The position numbers and the translations under genes were made by a program. This document shows positions 41,774 to 44,151 of a stretch of 44,151 bases of DNA, piece by piece. This DNA is from an uncultured Clostridia bacterium. GTDB taxonomy: Bacteria > Bacillota > Clostridia > Christensenellales > CAG-917. Location: positions 1-44,151 of the forward strand of contig CANREO010000002.1 of NCBI GenBank assembly GCA_947629635.1. The letters are read 5' to 3'. A model generated the notes under the pieces. The model was not told where the DNA came from. It did not search any database and saw only the letters and a program-made list of their open reading frames with translations. Numbering within the stretch: the stretch's first letter is position 1; each line of letters starts with the position of its first letter.

Positions 41774-44151
41774 TTATTCTGCGGTTATCTCTGTCGTTTT
41801 GTTCTCTTCCGCCGTCTCCTGATCGGAGGCTTCTTCATCTTCATGCGGCGTGAGAGCAACTGCCATAACATTTATGTCGCCCTTCAGCTTCATTACGCGC
41901 ACGCCCTGCGTGTTTCTGCCGATCTTGCTTATTTCATCGGCCTGCACACGAATGATGACGCCGCTGTCGGTGATCATCATGACGTCATTGTCGGAGGGTA
42001 TGACCTTCAAACTGACAAGGTTGCCCGTCTTGTCATTGAACACACCTGCCCTGACGCCCTTGCCGGCTCTGCCTTGAAGCGGATATTCCGCAACGTCCGT
42101 GCGCTTGCCAAAGCCGTTTGAAGTGACGGTAAGTATTTCGTCTCCTTCCTTGACAACTGTGAGGGCGACAAGCGTCGCGTCTTTGGGCAAATTCATTGCC
42201 TTGACGCCCATTGCCGTTCTGCCGACGGGGCGAATATCTTTTTCGTGGAAGTGTATGCTCATACCCGCGCTGTTGGCGACTATCAATTCCGAATCGCCAT
42301 ATGTGACCATTGCGTCTATAAGTTCGTCTTCCTCGTTGAATTTTATCGCGATCTTACCGTTGCGTTTGATAGATTCGAACTCTTCAAGCGGCGTCTTTTT
42401 TATGAGACCGCGCTTTGTCGCAAGCAATAAATACTTGCCTTCCAGCTCGTCGGGCATCTGCAAAAACGCCTGTATTTTTTCGCCTTGATCGAGTTGCAAC
42501 AAGTTGACGGCAGCTCTGCCTCTCGCATTCCTCGTCGCTTCGGGAATCTCATACGCCTTTAGCGTGAACACCTTGCCGAAGTTTGTAAAAAACATCAATC
42601 TCTCGTGCGTATTCGATGTGAAGATCTTCTCCACAAAGTCCTCGTCTTTTGCCTTATGCGCCGTGATACCGACTCCGCCTCTGTGTTGAGCCTTATATTC
42701 GCTGACCGGTATGCGCTTTATGTAGCCGCCATGCGTCATGGAAATGACTACATCTTCCTTTTCGATGAGGTCCTCGATGTCTATATCGCCGTAGTCATAA
42801 GTGATCTCCGAGCGTCTCGGCGTGTCGTATTGCGCCTTGATCTCAAGCATCTCTTTGACGATGATCTTCTTTACCTCCTCATCATCGGAGAGCACAAAGT
42901 TAAAGTATTCTATCTGTTTTTCGAGTTCGCCGAGTTCCGAGTTTATCTTTTCGACTTCCAGCCCCGTGAGCCTTTGCAAGCGCATATCGAGGATGGCGCC
43001 CGCCTGCCTGTCGGACAGCCCGTAGTTTTCCATGAGTTTGGCGATGGCGTCCTGACGGTCTCTCGATTTTTTAAGGAGTTCCACTATCGCGTCGATATTT
43101 TCGAGCGCGATATGCAATCCCAGCAAAATATGTTGCCTCTCCAACGCCTTTTCGAGGTCAAAACGCGTACGGCGCACAATAACGTCCTTTTGGTGCGCAA
43201 TATAGCATTCCAACATCTCCTTGAGATTTAACACGCGCGGCACGCCGTCTACGAGCGCGAGCATAATCATGCTGAAGTTGGTCTGCATAGCGGTTTGCTT
43301 ATAGAGTTGATTGAGCAAAACTTGCGCATTGGCGTCTTTTTTCAGTTCAATGACTATGCGCATGCCGTGGCGGTCGGTCTCCTCTCTCAGGTCGGAGATG
43401 CCCTCAAGCCTCTTATCCTTAACCTGATCTGCGATATTTTCTATCAATTTGGCCTTATTCACCTGATACGGGATCTCGGTGACCACTATGCGGCTCTTGC
43501 CGTTTGCCATCTCCTCGATCTCCGCTTTTGCGCGCAAAATCGCCATGCCTCTACCTGTGCGATACGCCTGTTTGATGGTATTTCTGCCCAAAATGAGCGC
43601 GCCTGTCGGGAAGTCGGGAGCCGGGATATATTCCATCAACTCATCAACCGTTGCGTCGGGGTTATTTAGAAGCGCTACCGAGGCGTCTATGACCTCGCCG
43701 AGGTTGTGAGGAGGGATAGATGTTGCCATACCGACCGCTATGCCGTCGGAGCCGTTTACAAGCAGATTGGGGAAGCGCGACGGAAGCACAACGGGTTGCT
43801 CGCGCGTATCGTCGAAATTCGGGTAAAAATCGACCGTTTTTTTGTCTATCTCGCGGATCATCTCCAGCGCAATCTTGCTTAATCTGGCCTCCGTATAGCG
43901 GTATGCAGCGGCAGGATCTCCGTCCACGGAGCCGAAATTTCCGTGTCCGTCTATCAAAGGACAACGTATGGAGAAGTCCTGCGCAAGGCGAACCATCGCG
44001 TCGTAAACGGAACTGTCTCCGTGCGGATGGTATTTGCCCAACACCTCGCCGACCACCATCGCACACTTGCGATAAGGTTTGTCGGGGGTGAGGCCCAGCT
44101 CGCTCATAGCATATAAAATCCTTCTATGCACGGGCTTGAGTCCGTCGCGCA
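41774..44151 (-). CDS. gyrA: DNA gyrase subunit A, with the N-terminal ~30 codons outside the window
   Basis: The ORF runs to the window edge (...[15 protein letters not shown]). GKYHPHGD and active-site [10 protein letters not shown]. Acidic C-terminal tail. Confidence 0.95.
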   Translation of the reverse strand, partial: RDGLKPVHRRILYAMSELGLTPDKPYRKCAMVVGEVLGKYHPHGDSSVYDAMVRLAQDFSIRCPLIDGHGNFGSVDGDPAAAYRYTEARLSKIALEMIREIDKKTVDFYPNFDDTREQPVVLPSRFPNLLVNGSDGIAVGMATSIPPHNLGEVIDASVALLNNPDATVDELMEYIPAPDFPTGALILGRNTIKQAYRTGRGMAILRAKAEIEEMANGKSRIVVTEIPYQVNKAKLIENIADQVKDKRLEGISDLREETDRHGMRIVIELKKDANAQVLLNQLYKQTAMQTNFSMIMLALVDGVPRVLNLKEMLECYIAHQKDVIVRRTRFDLEKALERQHILLGLHIALENIDAIVELLKKSRDRQDAIAKLMENYGLSDRQAGAILDMRLQRLTGLEVEKINSELGELEKQIEYFNFVLSDDEEVKKIIVKEMLEIKAQYDTPRRSEITYDYGDIDIEDLIEKEDVVISMTHGGYIKRIPVSEYKAQHRGGVGITAHKAKDEDFVEKIFTSNTHERLMFFTNFGKVFTLKAYEIPEATRNARGRAAVNLLQLDQGEKIQAFLQMPDELEGKYLLLATKRGLIKKTPLEEFESIKRNGKIAIKFNEEDELIDAMVTYGDSELIVANSAGMSIHFHEKDIRPVGRTAMGVKAMNLPKDATLVALTVVKEGDEILTVTSNGFGKRTDVAEYPLQGRAGKGVRAGVFNDKTGNLVSLKVIPSDNDVMMITDSGVIIRVQADEISKIGRNTQGVRVMKLKGDINVMAVALTPHEDEEASDQETAEENKTTEITAE

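Noticed and set aside
1-44151. Search for CRISPR arrays, IS elements, integrases, RT/retron, restriction-modification or other defence genes.
   Set aside because: I found no array-like spacing of repeats. There are no DDE or tyrosine/serine recombinase motifs, and no RT, helicase-nuclease or methyltransferase signatures in any ORF of the track.

Overview
This is a 44 kb core chromosomal segment with Firmicutes/Clostridia-type gene content, such as tmk-holB-ricT, DUF896, and lipoproteins with LxxC lipoboxes. It opens inside a tRNA-Ile(GAT) gene and ends inside gyrA. I support about 40 CDS. They include dapB, an OmpR/HisKA two-component pair, an asnS-asnA-aspS operon, trxB, glmM, a TetR plus MacB-like fused ABC exporter, ung, a purine-salvage-like pair, birA/bioY, tmk-holB-ricT, and a 56-aa 2x[4Fe-4S] ferredoxin missing from the ORF track. 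There are also several orphan surface proteins and lipoproteins. I found no integrase, transposase, CRISPR array, RT or recognisable defence gene, so I cannot claim a clear novel system. The most notable observations, all read from the sequence, are these. (1) birA and bioY form one 524-codon ORF only because of a 1-nt frame offset; the canonical BirA C-terminus GEVTIRW-stop is still encoded in the +1 frame. A perfect BirA operator overlaps the -35 of the gene's own promoter. (2) A 60-nt second copy of the aspS 3' end lies downstream of aspS. It differs from the real copy only by synonymous changes and ends at a 10-bp palindrome. (3) A 21-nt duplicate of the tRNA-Ile 3' end lies 153 nt downstream of the tRNA. 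(4) Four genes have their ATG 6-7 nt after a consensus -10 box and no SD, which suggests leaderless mRNAs. (5) Three uncharacterised modules stand out: DUF3137-like+LemA, DUF2804-unknown-LCAT-like lipoprotein with a GHS->SHG swap, and an M28-like membrane protein with substituted metal ligands. All family assignments are from motif recognition by eye, not from database searches.
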